DNA from: an uncultured Actinomycetes bacterium
Lineage (GTDB): Bacteria > Actinomycetota > UBA4738 > HRBIN12
Direction: 5' to 3'
NCBI GenBank assembly: GCA_963704725.1
Contig: OY969934.1
Coordinates: forward strand, 1,024,001 to 1,088,000
DNA length: 64,000 nucleotides
Both the position numbers and the translations under genes were made by a program. Numbering within the stretch: the stretch's first letter is position 1; every line of letters begins with the position of its first letter. This document shows, piece after piece, positions 1 through 9,005 of this stretch. The notes under the pieces were generated by a model, which ran no database searches, had not been told where the DNA came from, and was given only the letters and a program-made list of their open reading frames with translations.

Positions 1-60
1 CCGACCCCCGCCGCTACCCGCTCCGCATCGTGACCCAGGCCCGCAGGGAGGTGCGCCGGG

Positions 61-300
61 GTGCCGCGTGAGGACGCGAGGACCCGGGGCGTGCGCCTCC
101 TCGGAGAGGGGCGGCTCGTCGTGTCGCTCGTGGACGAGGCGACCGTCGTGGCCCGCGTACGCGGCGATCACGGCGTGATCCACGAGGCCGGCTTCCTCCG
201 CGGGCGCTGGCACTGCTCGTGCCCGGCCAAGACGACGTGCGCACACCTGGCGGCGCTCCAGCTGGTCACCCTCGAACCCGGCAGTCGGATCCTCGGGTGA
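61..300 (+). CDS. SWIM zinc-finger protein
   Basis: W-H-C-S-C-P...C-A-H motif (CxC...CxH); stop overlaps the next GTG. Confidence 0.75.
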   Translation: MPREDARTRGVRLLGEGRLVVSLVDEATVVARVRGDHGVIHEAGFLRGRWHCSCPAKTTCAHLAALQLVTLEPGSRILG

Positions 301-629
301 ACGCCGAGCAGGCGAGCCTTGAGGAGTACGGCGCCGCGATGATCGAGGCCGTACGCGATGCCGGCGAGCGCCGAGCCCTCGAGGCGTCCGGCGACTGGGC
401 CGCTGCCGCCTGGCGAGCGATCGTACGGCTCGCCCACCATGGCGCGGAGTTCACCGCCGACGACGTGACCGCTGAAGTCGGGCCCGCTCCCAGCAACGGC
501 GCGGCCGGCGCGCTCTTCCGGGCGGCCAGGAGTGCGGGGTTGATCGTGCGCGTCGGCTACCGCACGTCGCGCCGGGTGTCGCGGCACGGCGGCGTCCAGG
601 CCGTGTGGCGCGGCCGGGGGGCGACATGA
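297..629 (+). CDS. Phage-type winged-helix-like hypothetical protein
   Basis: GTGA overlap start; FTADDV...GALFRAA..AGLI..VG...S.R..RH....VW pattern resembles actinophage proteins. Confidence 0.6.
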   Translation: MNAEQASLEEYGAAMIEAVRDAGERRALEASGDWAAAAWRAIVRLAHHGAEFTADDVTAEVGPAPSNGAAGALFRAARSAGLIVRVGYRTSRRVSRHGGVQAVWRGRGAT

Positions 630-922
630 GCGCCGCCGCAAGGCCAGGCGACCAGGGCACGGGGGACGGCGCTCCGGTCGAGCTGGACTGGGCCACCTGC
701 GCGGGCTGCGGCGGCGCGCACCGGGCCGTCAAGATGCCCGACGGGCGCATCGTGTTCACCGAGGAGTGCCCGGGCCGCGACGACCGGCGCAGCGACCTGG
801 CGAACCTTGTGCACCATGCCGGCGCGGCGATGGTGCTCGCCCTCGACTCCGGCGACTGGGAGCGGGCCGACTACGCCGCGGGCCTTGTGCTGCGTCTCCG
901 CGATCCCAAGGACCCGGCGTGA
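626..922 (+). CDS. Hypothetical protein (CxxC)
   Basis: ATGA overlap with the upstream ORF; plausible composition. Confidence 0.5.
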   Translation: MSAAARPGDQGTGDGAPVELDWATCAGCGGAHRAVKMPDGRIVFTEECPGRDDRRSDLANLVHHAGAAMVLALDSGDWERADYAAGLVLRLRDPKDPA

Positions 923-1094
923 TGGGCCAGCCCGCACCTGGACGGGCGCCGTCGGCCACGACGTTGGCGACGTCGGGCCGTGGCGCGGGGGAGGGCGGGT
1001 GCAGATCACGACGGCCCAGGTGCACTGGCGCCAAGCTGGTGGGCAGCCGTGCGGTCGGCGCGCCCCGGTTCAACGAAAACTCCGGCGGCCCCCG

Positions 1095-1418
1095 GTGAAG
1101 GACTCCAGCCGGCCCCCGGCCCCCCGCGGTCTGTCCCCGGCCTCGCGGCAGGTCTGGCGCGACGTGGTGAACGCGTATGCCCTCGACCTGCCGGCGCTCC
1201 GGTTGCTGCGACTGTTCTGCGAGGCGCTGGACCGCGCCGCCGCGGCCCAGCTGGTGCTCGACGCCGACGGCCTTGTGGTGCGCGATCGGTTCGGCCAGGT
1301 GAAGGCGCACCCGATGGTCGCGGTGAAGCGCGACGCCGAGGTCGTGTCGGCCCGGCTGCTCCGCGAGCTGGACATCGCCGACGAGCCGCCGCCCGATCCG
1401 CGGCCGCCGAGGCGGTAG
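1095..1418 (+). CDS. P27-family phage terminase small subunit
   Basis: PPAPRGLS..SRQVWR, then LDADGLVVRDRFGQVKAHP and LLRELDI; GTG start chosen within ORF 807..1418. Confidence 0.8.
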   Translation: MKDSSRPPAPRGLSPASRQVWRDVVNAYALDLPALRLLRLFCEALDRAAAAQLVLDADGLVVRDRFGQVKAHPMVAVKRDAEVVSARLLRELDIADEPPPDPRPPRR

Positions 1419-1422
1419 CGCG

Positions 1423-1962
1423 ATGCCACGCCGCCCGCGCCCCGATCGCCGACGCGACCTGACCGACGACCAACGCGAGGAGTTGCTGTGGGGGCCGGAG
1501 CCCTGCCGGGCGGCTCGCTGCGGGCCTGCCCACCGCGGCGCCGATGTGCTGCCGCGGATCGGCGCCGCCCCGGACGACGACCCCGAACAGCCGTGGGCCC
1601 TGTTCTCCGTCGCCGCCGGGGGCACGCCGGCCGAACACCGCCCAGTGCGGCGGCCGTGCTGCTCATGCTTCGCCAGCGTGGAGGCCCGCCGGGCCGCGTG
1701 GTGGGCCCACCGCGAGGAGCTGATGGCCCTGTTGGAGCCGGGGCACGCCGGCCGGCGCCCGTGGGCGTACTGGGCGATCGAACGCCACGAGCGCCCCGCC
1801 GACCCGCTGCGGCGCCTGGCCGAACTGGGCCTGCTCTCGGCCGAGGAGCAGGGGTACATCCTGGCCCAGCACGAGGCCGCGATCCCGCCCAGCCCCTACG
1901 CCGATGCCGCCGCGGCGATCCGCGCCGCCAGGGAGGTCAAGCAGGTTGATCTACCTACCTGA
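1423..1962 (+). CDS. Hypothetical protein
   Basis: Starts 4 nt after TerS; protein-like C-terminal half (AWWAHREELM...GRRPWAYWAIE). Confidence 0.5.
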   Translation: MPRRPRPDRRRDLTDDQREELLWGPEPCRAARCGPAHRGADVLPRIGAAPDDDPEQPWALFSVAAGGTPAEHRPVRRPCCSCFASVEARRAAWWAHREELMALLEPGHAGRRPWAYWAIERHERPADPLRRLAELGLLSAEEQGYILAQHEAAIPPSPYADAAAAIRAAREVKQVDLPT

Positions 1963-2178
1963 CGTGTACGTGGGCGGGTGTACGCTGCCCATCGCACGGG
2001 CCGACCGGCGGCCCCTCGACGACGTATCCACCGACCTCCGGGCGGGACAAGCGGACCGCCCCCGACCCCGACCCAGCCCGCCGCGTATCGGGCGCGGCCC
2101 GGACCTCAACCACTCACATCCCCGCGCCGCCGCGGTCGAAGCACCCCTCCCGCCGGCGCATCCAGAAGGAGGCCTCCA

Positions 2179-3267
2179 GTGACGCGCACAGAGCGTCTTG
2201 CCCGCTGCCAGGAGATCGTGAACCAGAGCCGAGGCCGGACACGCACGCCGGCGGAAGAGGGCGAGTTGCAGGGCCACCTCGACGTGCTCGAACGGGACCA
2301 GCAGCTGGACCGCGAAACCCAGCGACTCGGCGCGCTGTTCGAGGGCGCCAGCATCGGCCAGGGGGCCCGTCGTGGCCGCAGCTTGCACGGCGCATTGCTG
2401 GCGGCAGGCTGGCAGTTGGGCGGCCCGCCGGTGCGGCTGCCGATCGGCGCCGTCCTGATCGATGACCCCGGGGACGCGGCGCCGCTGCGCGACGAGTCGA
2501 GCATCATCCGGCAAGGCGCGGATTCGAGGCGACTCTTCCCTGTGTTGGAGCGCAGGCCGCTCAACGGTGCCACGCGAATCGACGTGCTCGTGAGCACCGG
2601 ACGAGTGCTCGCGAACCCCGAGGAGATGCAGCTGCCCATCGCGGGCAGCGGGGAGAAGCCGATCACCAGCTCCGGCGCAGAGCTCCAGAGCTTCGACGTG
2701 GGCATGGTGGCCACGGTGAGCGACCCGTACCCCAACAGCATCGTCGAGCTTGAGGCGTTCCGCGATCTCGTGGACGACGACATGACGGTGGCGTTCGAGG
2801 ACTCTCTGGACAACCTCGTGGTTGCCACCATCACCCTCGGGGCGGGCACCACGGACGATCCCGGTGGCGACCTGCTCGAGCAGCTCCGCCGGGCCGTGAC
2901 GGCCATCCAGGGCGCGGGCTTCGCTCCCAGTCTCGCCGCGGTGAGCCCGGAGCAGGCCGAGCAGCTGGACCTCACCAGGGCCGGCTCGGGGGGCGACCCG
3001 GACGAAGGACCGTTCCTGCTCACACCATCGCCGAGGGGGTCGGCCTTCTCGCCGCTGTGGGACCTCCAGCTGCGGGTGGTAAAGGGCCTGGAGGCAGCCG
3101 TGGTGCTGGACCCGGGCGCGGTGAGGCTCTACGTCGACGACGCGGCGTTCGACTCGGACCCGTACTCGCAGTTCAGCACCAACCGGACGCGGTTCCGCGT
3201 CGAAGCGCCCGCCGTGCTCGTGGTCCGCCGGCCCATGGGCATCTACGTGATCGCGTCGGTCTCGTGA
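2179..3267 (+). CDS. HK97-fold phage major capsid protein
   Basis: AGAAGGAGG RBS before GTG 2179; N-terminal helical delta-like segment, GSGEKP, C-terminal FSTNRTRFRVEAPAVLVVRRP; 362 aa. Confidence 0.75.
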   Translation: MTRTERLARCQEIVNQSRGRTRTPAEEGELQGHLDVLERDQQLDRETQRLGALFEGASIGQGARRGRSLHGALLAAGWQLGGPPVRLPIGAVLIDDPGDAAPLRDESSIIRQGADSRRLFPVLERRPLNGATRIDVLVSTGRVLANPEEMQLPIAGSGEKPITSSGAELQSFDVGMVATVSDPYPNSIVELEAFRDLVDDDMTVAFEDSLDNLVVATITLGAGTTDDPGGDLLEQLRRAVTAIQGAGFAPSLAAVSPEQAEQLDLTRAGSGGDPDEGPFLLTPSPRGSAFSPLWDLQLRVVKGLEAAVVLDPGAVRLYVDDAAFDSDPYSQFSTNRTRFRVEAPAVLVVRRPMGIYVIASVS

Positions 3268-3425
3268 CGACCGCCGCCGGCCCGGCCACGGATCGGGCCC
3301 AGGAGCCGCGGGGCGTACAGGTGCGCGAACGCGGCTGGTACCAGGAGCGCCTCGACGAGATCCAGGACGAGCGCGGGGTGCCGGATGCGGAGATGGTCTG
3401 GTGGCCGGTGTCGCGCACCGCGTGA
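3264..3425 (+). CDS. Small hypothetical protein
   Basis: GTGA overlap with the capsid stop codon. Confidence 0.4.
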   Translation: MTTAAGPATDRAQEPRGVQVRERGWYQERLDEIQDERGVPDAEMVWWPVSRTA

Positions 3426-3733
3426 GAAACAGTCCCCCTGCCCGTCATGCGCCGGTAGGGGGCCGGCGTGGGGGAGGCCCTCTGGCCGGTGGCTTCCCCC
3501 GCGCACTACTTGGCCGGGGCCCATGGTTACTCCGCGCTCGGGCGGCGGCGAGCGAACGATGCGGCGCTCCCGGTGCCCCGGCCAGGTGTCTTCTGACGGG
3601 CGAAGCGCCGCACCGCCGCAGGTGGTGGGGGGATCGGCCGCAAGGGCCGACCTCCCCACCGCAACCGTCAAGTTGCTTGACCGTCGGCGTACCATGCCGC
3701 CGTGGGCGGACACGACCTCGCGGGCCCGGCCCC

Positions 3734-4495
3734 TCACACCAGCGGGCTCGTGTCCGGGGCGCCTGGGCCCGCGTAGGCCACCACTCTGGCCACAGGTGCA
3801 ACAGCGGCAAGCTCGGGCTCGTCCCAGGCCCCGGCGGGCAGCGGCTTCGCGGTCTGGGCGGGCGTCGGGGCAGCCCTGGGCGCCGGGCCCCGCAGGCGGG
3901 CCGTCCGCCACGTCTCCCATGCCGGGTCCGCGTCCGTGGGGCGCACGCCATCGGCGGCGCGCACCATCAGGGCGCCCAAGGTCCGCAAGGCCCGGCTCGC
4001 CGCGTCGTACGCGGGGTCGTCGCGATCGTGGGTCACCAGATAGTCGATCGCCCGGGCGGCCTCCGCGATCGCCTCTGCCGCGACGGAGCGGGCCGCGGCC
4101 ACCGCCGGCACCTTGGCCCGCCCGCCCGTGCCCCGGCTGCGTGTGGGGGACCGGATCTTCTTCGCCTCGGCGTAGCACCGGCCGAAGGGCGGCCTGCCAA
4201 CCTGGTTGGCACCTCCATACCGCCACCAGACGGCCGCCTTCCTGGCGATGTGCGTGTCGCTCTGCCCGATCTCGTTTTCCAGCTGCCGGGCGGACTTGCC
4301 GTCGTCAAGCTCGGCGGCGATCAGCCTCGCCTCCTCCCAGCGGTGGGGTTCGGCCAGGCGGTCGTGGTCGGCCACGGCGGCTTCGTGGTCGGCGATGGCG
4401 GCTTCGTGGTCGGCGATGGCGGCTTGATGGCGCCGGATCTCCGCCACCCGGTCGGCGGCAACGTCCACGGCCCGCAGTGCAGTCACGGCGCACAT
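3734..4495 (-). CDS. Coiled-coil plus HTH protein, putative regulator
   Basis: Heptad repeat AAIADHE and HTH-like GKSARQLENEIGQSDTHIAR. Confidence 0.6.
   Translation of the reverse strand: MCAVTALRAVDVAADRVAEIRRHQAAIADHEAAIADHEAAVADHDRLAEPHRWEEARLIAAELDDGKSARQLENEIGQSDTHIARKAAVWWRYGGANQVGRPPFGRCYAEAKKIRSPTRSRGTGGRAKVPAVAAARSVAAEAIAEAARAIDYLVTHDRDDPAYDAASRALRTLGALMVRAADGVRPTDADPAWETWRTARLRGPAPRAAPTPAQTAKPLPAGAWDEPELAAVAPVARVVAYAGPGAPDTSPLV
4362..4424. repeat. Three tandem 21-bp coding repeats
   Basis: TCGTGGTCGGCGATGGCGGCT x3 (first copy varies); encodes AAIADHE heptads on the minus strand. Confidence 0.9.
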
Positions 4496-4549
4496 CCTTC
4501 ATCGCCCCGGCGCTGCCTGGCAAGCCCGAAAGGGATGGGTCCGCAGCCC

Positions 4550-4634
4550 TTGCACCGCAACGATTCCGAGGGGCCGGTACACCGGGTGTACCGGGCCAGG
4601 GCGTCAGCGGATGAGTGAAGCCGTTGCACCGCAG
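4550..4634. promoter_or_regulatory. Paired TTGCACCGCA motifs in a divergent intergenic region
   Basis: Copies at 4550-4560 and 4624-4634, between two divergent HTH genes. Confidence 0.4.
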
Positions 4635-4806
4635 TTGTCTTGGAGCCAGCCGGCCGCTCGACACAAACGAGTCGCCCGCACCGTGAGCGCGGGGCACGCC
4701 GCCAGGGGGGTCGGGGGGGGGCCGGCGTCGCAAGACAGCAGCTGATTCGTACCCACACCAGGGCCCCTCACGAACTACACGAACAGGGATAACTCAGCCC
4801 TGACCA

Positions 4807-5310
4807 GTGCCATTGACACAGGGCCCACACCTCTGTCATCCTCTAAGGGTGGTTGACTTGAAGCAGGCCTTGTCCGATGCCAGGCTCCGGCTGGAGCAGG
4901 CTGAGTCCGAACACGCAGAACTCGAGGCTCGTATCGCTCGACTCCACGATGAGGTGCGCGGGCTAGAGCTGGCCCTGGCGCATCACGGCGGCGGCGAAAT
5001 CGAGGTCCTGACCCGGAAGACCGGCTGGGGGCGGATCTCCAGGACCAAGGCGATCCTGAACCTGCTCCAAGAGGTCGGCCGCCCTATGGGCCCTTCCGAG
5101 ATCGCCGCTCAGCTGAGGGAGCGCGGCCGGGTCAAGGAGAACCCCAGATACATCTCGGCTTCCTTGGCCTACCTCAAGAACAACCACGTCGTTCGGTCGG
5201 TGGGCAACGGGAAGTGGCAGCTCATGGAGGTCCCGAAGAACCAGTCCTCGGGCGTCGGGCCGCTCGGCCCGGCCTTCGAAACCGCCCGGGCGCGGCCGGA
5301 GGGAGGCTAG
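4807..5310 (+). CDS. Coiled-coil plus winged-helix DNA-binding protein (start uncertain)
   Basis: Leucine-rich coiled coil followed by AILNLLQEVGRPMGPSEIAAQL...VRSVGNGKWQL. Confidence 0.7.
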   Translation: MPLTQGPHLCHPLRVVDLKQALSDARLRLEQAESEHAELEARIARLHDEVRGLELALAHHGGGEIEVLTRKTGWGRISRTKAILNLLQEVGRPMGPSEIAAQLRERGRVKENPRYISASLAYLKNNHVVRSVGNGKWQLMEVPKNQSSGVGPLGPAFETARARPEGG

Positions 5311-5355
5311 GGGGAACACCTTCCGGGGCGCCGGGGAAACTGGGCCCTCCGGATG

Positions 5356-5475
5356 GGAGCTGGGAGCAACGGGCCATCGAGGCCGCTTGGGATTCCAAGC
5401 CCGAAGCGGAGGCGCCCGGGTCGTGCGGTCGGGGGTCCAAACCCCGAGCACCCGCCCGACCACGCTCCCAGCTCC
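5356..5475. ncRNA. Candidate structured RNA (~120 nt, multibranch)
   Basis: Perfect 12-bp closing stem GGAGCTGGGAGC/GCTCCCAGCTCC enclosing two further long hairpins. Confidence 0.35.
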
Positions 5476-5567
5476 TACTCTACCCCGGGGATCGGGCCCG
5501 GCTCTGTAGCGGGCTGAGGAGCATCCGGCAGTGGGTGCCGGAACCGATGAGTATCCTGGTGATAGGT

Positions 5568-5671
5568 CCCGGGATGGCCGAATGGCCTTCCGGGGCGAAG
5601 GGCCCTAGAGGTCCGGACGACCACCAGGCCCTAACGAAGCCGGGCAGCCGGGTTCGACTCCCGGGCTAGGC
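5568..5671 (+). ncRNA. tRNA-like or pseudo-tRNA element
   Basis: Canonical T arm CCGGG-TTCGACT-CCCGG (5648-5664) and upstream hairpins; acceptor and anticodon arms imperfect. Confidence 0.35.
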
Positions 5672-5674
5672 GTT

Positions 5675-5705
5675 GCCGGAGGCCACCTCGGCGGTGGCCT
5701 CCGGC
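5675..5705. terminator. Strong GC hairpin, probable terminator
   Basis: 13-bp stem GCCGGAGGCCACC-tcggc-GGTGGCCTCCGGC; no U tract. Confidence 0.6.
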
Positions 5706-5821
5706 GTATCTGAGAAGCCGAGGAGGTGACGGGGAGCGCTCAGGATCGGCCGAGGCTCCGGGGGGCCTGACACCGGGCAGAGCGACTTAGGAAGACCGCC
5801 GGGCGAGCCGATGAAACAGGC

Positions 5822-6127
5822 ATGAACGTCGCTCTGCCACCGCCGCCCGTCCCCGGACCTGCGCTCGGATCGGTTCCCCGGCAGACCCCTCGAGTCGTGC
5901 AGCAGGCCCCCAAGGCCGCACAGCGGAAGAAGCAGTCCTCGGCGGAAGCGGTCGTCATCGTCGTGCTCGTGCTCCTCTTCGCCCTCTCCGCCTGGGCCTT
6001 CGTCAACCCCCACGCGAACGTGCCCGTGGTCTCGAAGGTCGTCTGCTCGATTAAGGGCGCCTCGTGGACCGACGGGAGCGCCGCCTGGGGCATCCCCGCC
6101 GGGTGCTACCGGATGGACTCGCCCTAG
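5822..6127 (+). CDS. Small membrane protein
   Basis: Pro-rich N-terminus, one TM helix and a Cys pair. Confidence 0.6.
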   Translation: MNVALPPPPVPGPALGSVPRQTPRVVQQAPKAAQRKKQSSAEAVVIVVLVLLFALSAWAFVNPHANVPVVSKVVCSIKGASWTDGSAAWGIPAGCYRMDSP

Positions 6128-6729
6128 CTGCTCGGATCGGGGACTGTCAGGCCGCCTCCGAGTTCCGCGTATCGGAAGCAGGATGCTATGTGCCCATTGA
6201 CTAAGCCGCACGCCTGCAGGAACGCGTAGCAGATCGTGGGGCCGACGAAGCGGAAGCCGCGACGCTTGAGGTCCTTGCTCATCGCTTTGGCCTCGGGGCT
6301 CTCCGAGGGGATCTCGGCGCCGGCCTTCCACGCGCCCACGATCGGACGGCCCCCGACGAACGACCACAGATACGCGTCAAGCGATCCGAGCTCCTTCCGC
6401 ACGCCGAGCACCGCGCGGGCGTTGGCGACGGCGGCATCGACCTTCAGGCGGTTCCGCACGATGCCGGGGTCGAGGAGGAGACGGTCGACCTTGGCCGGGG
6501 TGAACCGCGCCACCTTCGCCGCGTCGAACCCGGCGAACGCCTTCCGGTAGCCCTCGCGCTTGTTGAGGATCGTCCACCAGGACAGGCCGGCCTGCGCGCC
6601 CTCCAGCACGAGCATCTCGAACAGGTGCGTATCGTCGTGGGACGGCACGCCCCACTCCTCGTCGTGGTACGCAACGTAGCGGGGCTCGCTCTGACGAGCC
6701 CACGCGCAGCGAACGACGGCCTTGGACAC
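6124..6729 (-). CDS. tag: DNA-3-methyladenine glycosylase I
   Basis: RCAW, YHDEEWG, LEGAQAGLSW, FVGPTICYAFLQACGLVNGH. Confidence 0.95.
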   Translation of the reverse strand: MSKAVVRCAWARQSEPRYVAYHDEEWGVPSHDDTHLFEMLVLEGAQAGLSWWTILNKREGYRKAFAGFDAAKVARFTPAKVDRLLLDPGIVRNRLKVDAAVANARAVLGVRKELGSLDAYLWSFVGGRPIVGAWKAGAEIPSESPEAKAMSKDLKRRGFRFVGPTICYAFLQACGLVNGHIASCFRYAELGGGLTVPDPSS

Positions 6730-6781
6730 GGCGCGATGCTACCGGCCGGTGCCGACACTCCGAAGAGCCGCCGAGCGGGAC

Positions 6782-8269
6782 TCAGCGGGCGCCGGGGAAG
6801 CCGAGGTCGACGCGGCTGGTGGCCGGGTCGGGCCAGCGGCTCGTGACGGCCTTCTCGCGGGTCCAGAAGTGCATCCCCTCCGGGCCGTACATCTTGCTGT
6901 CCCCGAACAGCGACTCCTTCCACCCGCCGAACGAGTAGAAGGCGAGCGGCACGGGGATCGGCACGTTGACGCCCACCATCCCGACCTCCGCGTCGAACAC
7001 GAACTGCCGGGCCGCCCCGCCGTCGCGCGTGAAGATCGCCGCCCCGTTGCCCCACCGGCTCCGCCGGATCAGGTCGACGCCCTCCTCGTACGTGGCCACC
7101 CGGACGACCGTGCCCACGGGTCCGAAGATCTCGTCCCGGTAGCAGTCCATCTCGGTCGACACGTGGTCGATCACCGAGGGGCCGACGAAGAACCCGGCGC
7201 CCCACAGCGGGTGGTCGCGGCCGTCGACGAGGACCTCGGCGCCCTGCTCGCGGGCGCCGTCGAGGTACGAGACGACCTTGTCGCGGTGCTCTCGCGTCAC
7301 CAGCGGGCCCATCTCGCTCTCCGGGTCCATGCCGTCGCCGACCCGGAGCTTCGCCGTGCGCTCGAGGATCGCTTCCATGAGTGGCTCGGCGGCGTCGCCG
7401 ACCGGGACCACGGTGGCGATCGCCATGCACCGCTCGCCGGCCGAGCCGTTCACCGCGGACACCGCGGCGTCGGCGGCCATCCCGATGTCCGCATCGGGCA
7501 GCACGATCATGTGGTTCTTCGCTCCGGCCAGAGCCTGCACCCGCTTGCCGTTGGCCGAGGCGGTGGCGTAGACGTGGCGCGCGATGGGCGTAGACCCGAC
7601 GAAGCTCACCGCCTTGATGTCGGGGTGCTCCAGGATCCGGTCGACGATCACCTTGTCGCCCTGGACGACCTGGAACACGCCGTCGGGAAGCCCGGCGTCG
7701 CGGAAGGCCTCGGCCAGCAGGAGCGAGGCCCCCGGGTCCTTCTCCGACGGCTTGAGGATGAAGCAGTTCCCCGCGGCCATGGCGGCGGCGCACATCCACA
7801 TCGGGACCATGGCCGGGAAGTTGAAGGGTGTGATGCCGGCCACGACGCCGAGCGGCTGGCGCACCGAGTACAGGTCGATGCCCGTCGTGACCTGCTCGCT
7901 GAAGCTCCCCTTGAGCAGATGGGGGAGCCCCGCGGCGAACTCCGTGAGCTCGACGCCGCGCTCGACCTCGGAGGCGGCGTCGAACAGGCACTTGCCGTGC
8001 TGCGAGGTGACGACCTTGGCGATCTCGGTCTTGCGGGCGTCGAGGACCTCGCGGATCCGGAAGAACAGAGCGGCGCGCTTGGAGAGCGAGAGGGATCGCC
8101 ACTCGCCGAAGGCGTCCTTCGCGATGTCCGCGGCGCGGTCGAACTCCTGCACGGTCGCGAAGTCGACCTCGTGCGTCTGCTGCCCCGTCGCGGGGTTGAA
8201 GACCGGCCCAGAGCGCCCGGACTCCCCGACGACGACCTTCCCGCCGATCCAGTGGCTGATCCGTTCCAT
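6782..8269 (-). CDS. mmsA: CoA-acylating (methyl)malonate-semialdehyde dehydrogenase
   Basis: GITPFNFPAMVPMW, KPSEKDP, GAKNHM, AGERCMA, EIFGPV. Confidence 0.92.
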   Translation of the reverse strand: MERISHWIGGKVVVGESGRSGPVFNPATGQQTHEVDFATVQEFDRAADIAKDAFGEWRSLSLSKRAALFFRIREVLDARKTEIAKVVTSQHGKCLFDAASEVERGVELTEFAAGLPHLLKGSFSEQVTTGIDLYSVRQPLGVVAGITPFNFPAMVPMWMCAAAMAAGNCFILKPSEKDPGASLLLAEAFRDAGLPDGVFQVVQGDKVIVDRILEHPDIKAVSFVGSTPIARHVYATASANGKRVQALAGAKNHMIVLPDADIGMAADAAVSAVNGSAGERCMAIATVVPVGDAAEPLMEAILERTAKLRVGDGMDPESEMGPLVTREHRDKVVSYLDGAREQGAEVLVDGRDHPLWGAGFFVGPSVIDHVSTEMDCYRDEIFGPVGTVVRVATYEEGVDLIRRSRWGNGAAIFTRDGGAARQFVFDAEVGMVGVNVPIPVPLAFYSFGGWKESLFGDSKMYGPEGMHFWTREKAVTSRWPDPATSRVDLGFPGAR

Positions 8270-8443
8270 CGAAGATCCCTCCCACGACGTCGGAACCGGG
8301 CCGGCCGGCGGCCGGGTTCGGTTGGGAAGGAGCCTACCGGGGGGCCGCCGGGGCCGCCGATGGTCAAGGTCCCGCCATGATCGGGACCTGCTCGGCGAGG
8401 CCCTCGGGAGGGTGCGGTTCGGGCTCTGCTAGCTTGGGGTCCC

Positions 8444-8953
8444 GTGAGCGGATCCCTGTTGGAGGACGCGTTCGCCCACCACACGTGGGCGTCCCTGCGG
8501 CTGCTCGATGCCTGCCTCGAGCTCACGCCGGAGCAGCTCGAGACCGCGGTGCCGGGAACCTACGGCTCGATCCTGGACACGGCGCGCCACGTCGTCGGTT
8601 CCGACGCCTGGTACCTGTTCCGCATCACCGGCGACCGAGCGCACGTCATCGACGAGGACCACATGAGCCTCGCCGAGCTCCGCGCCGCCATGCAGGGCCA
8701 CGGCGCGCTGTGGTCGGGGGTCCTGGCGCAGGATCGCGATGCGGACGCCGTCCTGGTGGGGGACAACGACGACGGATCCGTCACCCACGCGGCCACAGGG
8801 ATCCGCATCGCCCAGGTCCTGCACCACGGGACCGATCATCGGAGCCAGATCTGCACCGCCCTCACCACACTCGGCATCGAACCACCGCTCATCGACGTCT
8901 GGGCCTTCGGCGAGCAGAACGGTCGCGTCGTGGAGATCGCACCCCCCTCCTGA
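8444..8953 (+). CDS. DinB family protein
   Basis: GSILDTARH and QVLHHGTDHRSQI His motifs. Confidence 0.85.
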   Translation: MSGSLLEDAFAHHTWASLRLLDACLELTPEQLETAVPGTYGSILDTARHVVGSDAWYLFRITGDRAHVIDEDHMSLAELRAAMQGHGALWSGVLAQDRDADAVLVGDNDDGSVTHAATGIRIAQVLHHGTDHRSQICTALTTLGIEPPLIDVWAFGEQNGRVVEIAPPS

Positions 8954-9005
8954 CCAGGCCCCGGCGGGCCCCGATACACTGCCCGCGGCACGAGGAGGGA
9001 TCCCC

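Larger units (their letters stand above)
1..5705. mobile_element. Right part of a phage-satellite/prophage-remnant-like element (element 1); left end outside the window, right boundary approximate
   Basis: Coupled small phage-type ORFs (GTGA/ATGA overlaps), P27-type TerS, HK97-like capsid and HTH proteins; host-type genes resume after ~5.8 kb. No integrase or att site in view. Confidence 0.7.

Noticed and set aside
4362-4424. 21-bp repeats as a CRISPR array
   Set aside because: No spacers, in-frame coding repeat, and no cas genes in the window.
5568-5671. A functional tRNA or tmRNA gene
   Set aside because: No proper acceptor stem, 7-nt anticodon loop or CCA; kept only as tRNA-like.
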